NCBI GenBank assembly: GCA_019307135.1
Contig: JAFDKF010000001.1
Location: forward strand, 6,104 to 70,103
From: Deltaproteobacteria bacterium
Lineage (GTDB): Bacteria; Desulfobacterota; Desulfobacteria; Desulfobacterales; C00003060
DNA: 64,000 bases
Reading direction: 5' to 3'
The notes under the pieces were generated by a model, which did no database searches, was not told where the DNA came from, and worked only from the letters and a program-made list of their open reading frames with translations. Shown piece by piece: positions 61,734 to 64,000 of the stretch. Every line of letters begins with the position of its first letter. Within the stretch, counting starts at the first letter, position 1. The position numbers were made by a program, and so were the translations under genes.

Positions 61734-62587
61734 AATCCAACCTCCTTTAATGCATCAGGGATTTTACCTATTATGTTCAGAATCGATGTGGCAGGATCAG
61801 GCTCTGCCAGTTTACCTGCGATGCGGTTGATTTTGGCTGCCTTTATGCAGGCGTCAATCTTCTCATAGCCCCCATGAATCAGGGCAGACAGAATCCCGGT
61901 CAGGCTATCCCCTGTCCCTCCGATTGCTTCCATGGCAGAAATGGAAGGCTCCTCAATGGTCTCAACCACTTCTCCGTCTTCCACAATGTAATCTACAGGT
62001 CCCTTCACCAATAATATCTTTGGAGTATTCCTGGTCTCATAAGCCTTCCTTATCAAGGTGACAACTTCAGTTGCATCCAACTCAAATAGAAGATGCTCCA
62101 CATAGGCGGGATGTGTAGCTTTAGGGTCTGCTAAATAGGCCATTTCACCTGCATCAGGGGTAAAAATATCAATTTTTTGTGCAAGGTCCGCCGCCTTAGC
62201 GGCATACATGGCACCTGCATCCGCTATCACGGTTGCTTCCTTCCGTGCTTCTCTCAGAGAATTAAGGATATTCCTCATTCCGGGTATATCAGGCATGATA
62301 TAATGCATGGCCAAAACCGTGACATCCAGCGTTCCCAGGTTGGCGGCCACGTATTGATAAAGCTCTTTACTCCTTTTTCCATCTCCGATATCTCCAGAGG
62401 TGACAAAATAGGGTGATTTTAAGTTAAGAGCTTCACAGGTAATGCAAGCTGATGCTACCATGACGCTGGTGCCTAAGCTGGGCGTAACCTCAAAATCCTC
62501 TACTTTAAGGCGTCCACCTTCGAATGTTGCCTTCCCTGCCTTTAGTCCCATTTCATTAAAAGGCAGGGTGCCCATGATAGCAAGCAA
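61724..62587 (-). CDS. Ribokinase-fold, YjeF-C/NAD(P)HX-dehydratase-like (Carb_kinase family) protein
   Basis: VIADAGAMY...FTPDAGEMAYL...LLVKGPVDYIV...AIGGTGDSLTG follows the Carb_kinase motif order. TTG start 2 nt after the DUF3343 stop. It overlaps the yedE-like gene by 10 nt. Confidence 0.6.
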   Translation of the reverse strand: MLAIMGTLPFNEMGLKAGKATFEGGRLKVEDFEVTPSLGTSVMVASACITCEALNLKSPYFVTSGDIGDGKRSKELYQYVAANLGTLDVTVLAMHYIMPDIPGMRNILNSLREARKEATVIADAGAMYAAKAADLAQKIDIFTPDAGEMAYLADPKATHPAYVEHLLFELDATEVVTLIRKAYETRNTPKILLVKGPVDYIVEDGEVVETIEEPSISAMEAIGGTGDSLTGILSALIHGGYEKIDACIKAAKINRIAGKLAEPDPATSILNIIGKIPDALKEVGLCA

Positions 62588-62589
62588 AG

Positions 62590-63165
62590 TCAGGCACTCC
62601 CCCTCATCTGCTGACTGTTGACCATGCTCAGGGCCTTTTGATATGCCTTTTCTAACATATAGGCACAGAGGGAGTAGCCATTCTCTCCGGGATTTTCCAC
62701 CTCCGCTATCTTGTTTCCTACCAGGCTTACGGTCAAATAAGGAACATCCGGACAGCCCCCACCTGAAATGTTTACGATGGTGCCTTTTTCTTTATCTACT
62801 GTTATCTTCATGTTGGCTGCGGTCACCATAAGATACCTTCCAAAGTCCTTTTCCTTGGTTATATCTAAAGGCTTCTGAGATAAACTATCCAGAGCCACTA
62901 TGTCTAAGGGGCTAAGCCCACTTCTTTTAAGGAGCCTTTCCACGCCTAATTGATCAATAAGATTAAATTCTACTGCCAGGTCACAACCCTTCCGGATCTC
63001 AGGAGGAGGAGCTACCCCCCTCACCCCGTAGCCAAAGCCTTTTAGCATCTTTTCTGCCTGCATGGCCTCTGATACCTCGTTTAAGATGATCAATCCTTTC
63101 CCCTTTTCAAATGCCTCTTTTTTCCTGGGTGCGAGTCTCTTCTTCAGCCTATTCAATATTTTCAT
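62590..63165 (-). CDS. DUF3343 (putative Se/S carrier-like) domain protein with a C-terminal extension
   Basis: LIILNEVSEAMQAEKMLKGFGYGVRGVAPPPEIRKGCDLAVEF matches the DUF3343 pattern (helix, then P.P..I...C). It has about 100 extra C-terminal residues including GGGCPD. RBS AAGGAAA. Confidence 0.6.
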   Translation of the reverse strand: MKILNRLKKRLAPRKKEAFEKGKGLIILNEVSEAMQAEKMLKGFGYGVRGVAPPPEIRKGCDLAVEFNLIDQLGVERLLKRSGLSPLDIVALDSLSQKPLDITKEKDFGRYLMVTAANMKITVDKEKGTIVNISGGGCPDVPYLTVSLVGNKIAEVENPGENGYSLCAYMLEKAYQKALSMVNSQQMRGSA

Positions 63166-63297
63166 ATGGTTTCCTTATAAACGATATACTTTGAAGGACT
63201 TGCTAATCTGAAGAAAACGATATGTCAAATAGCAAATATCTATATCTTTTCCAACCATCTATAGCTTTTGTCAATACCACCTTTCATGACAGGGTGT

Positions 63298-63355
63298 GAT
63301 CATTGAAATGTTCAATAAGGATCACCCAAATGAATCAATATTATCTATTTGACAG
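63298..63355 (+). promoter_or_regulatory. Conserved regulatory module copy 2: palindrome ATTGAA-N3-TTCAAT, ATCACCCAA box, TTGACA
   Basis: ATTGAAATGTTCAAT (63302-16), ATCACCCAA, and TTGACA (63349-54), with the same 32-nt palindrome-to-TTGACA gap as copy 1. It lies in the divergent region between the DUF3343 operon and the Mop/TOBE gene. Confidence 0.6.
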
Positions 63356-63399
63356 TTAAATAAAAAGTATAGATAAGGAGGGAGCTTGCGGGTTTCCGA

Positions 63400-63620
63400 T
63401 AGGGAGCATTACCGGTTCATTCTGGTTCCCACGCTCCGCGTGGGAACCCAAAGCCCTTGGCGCTCCGCGCCATGTAGCGAGCGGTCGCCTGTCTATCGGC
63501 AGACAGGTCACTAATACCTTTCCTGATTGGGCGCAGAGCGCCCGGTTGAACCCGTTCCCACGCAGAGCGTGGGAACGAGAAGTATATTCCAATCGCGTAC
63601 CGTAGCGTAGCCAAGTTCTG
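63400..63620. repeat. Mosaic of palindromic REP-like modules (same module types as 57465-57800)
   Basis: GGTTCCCACGCTCCGCGTGGGAACC, GGCGCTCCGCGCC, CCATGTAGCGAG, GGGCGCAGAGCGCCC, CGTTCCCACGCAGAGCGTGGGAACG. Confidence 0.8.
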
Positions 63621-63639
63621 TATGACTCAAAAGGAGGTG

Positions 63640-63855
63640 ATGGGTTTGAAGGTAGGAGCCAGAAATCAACTGATCGGCAAAGTGACCGAGATAAAAAAGG
63701 GCGATTTGATGAGCTTCATAAGGATGACGATTCCCGCAGAATCCGTGATGGGCTCGGTTATAACGCTCGAATCACTAGATGAGATCGGAATAAAAGAGGG
63801 TGATGAAGTCAAGGTGATCGTGAAAGCAGTAAACGTTCTTATCATGAAGGAATAA
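63640..63855 (+). CDS. Molybdopterin/molybdate-binding TOBE-domain protein (Mop-like)
   Basis: I place the start at ATG 63640, directly after AAGGAGGTG (the ORF track starts at 63622). GARNQLIGKVTEIKKG...VITLESLDEIGIKEGDEVKVIVKA is a typical single TOBE/Mop domain. 71 aa. Confidence 0.8.
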   Translation: MGLKVGARNQLIGKVTEIKKGDLMSFIRMTIPAESVMGSVITLESLDEIGIKEGDEVKVIVKAVNVLIMKE

Positions 63856-63871
63856 GAGATGAGGTAGATTT

Positions 63872-64000
63872 GTAACCGTTCACGGTTGAAAGAGGTTCAG
63901 CGTTCCAAGTTGTCTGTTTGTAGATTTGGAGACTGTTATCAGCTTCAGCGGCTGCGAATACCTTGCGACAGAGATCAAAACCAACTGAACCTTTGAACCT
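63872..64000. repeat. Element of the GGTTCAG/CTGAACC family, opposite orientation, truncated by the window end
   Basis: It starts GTAACCGTTCACGG (the reverse complement of the GTGAACGGTTAC terminus seen at three other loci). The window ends in ..CTGAACCTTTGAACCT. Confidence 0.6.

Overview
Gene-dense bacterial chromosomal segment with about 55 protein-coding genes and no rRNA, tRNA or CRISPR array that I could recognise. All family calls come from reading motifs in the supplied translations; no HMM or BLAST was run. The gene content suggests a Desulfobacterota-like anaerobe (inference): very large multiheme cytochromes, a variant System I ccm operon whose CcmE carries CxxxY, a selenocysteine-containing SelD, and APS kinase.

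Main blocks:
1. 266-13449, minus strand: a 16-heme and a 26-heme c-type cytochrome, a SurA-like chaperone, three paralogous CsgG/LpoB-like (lipo)proteins, a 712-aa outer-membrane beta-barrel with an inserted discoidin-like domain, then YVTN and NHL beta-propeller proteins. I read this as a candidate non-canonical outer-membrane electron-transfer or export conduit.
2. 14144-19020: ccmABCDEF.
3. 19238-31062: housekeeping and accessory genes (TIGR02757-like, HD hydrolase, M29 aminopeptidase, pgsA, a B12/radical-SAM enzyme, a decayed PIN toxin with an intact RHH antitoxin, a thioesterase, a DUF362 membrane module).
4. 31405-37964: TetR-regulated RND efflux operon.
5. 38156-43782: SDR, cysC, galE, recD2.
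6. 44438-47006: accessory patch with a DUF4143 ATPase, a deletion scar of a second RND operon and a RayT-like remnant.
7. 47105-56287: radical-SAM/TPR protein, hybrid histidine kinase, and a 1694-aa pseudokinase-STAND-GAF-histidine kinase.
8. 56419-63855: selenium/sulfur trafficking region (yedF, Sec-SelD with an in-frame UGA, TusA-like protein, split YedE/YeeE, a carbohydrate-kinase-like protein, DUF3343, Mop/TOBE). A conserved ~58-bp palindrome-plus-promoter module occurs twice here.

Almost every intergenic region contains one of two repeat types. The first is short-period (mostly 7-nt) tandem arrays arranged as inverted arms. The second is ~230-265-bp nested-palindrome, MITE-like elements.
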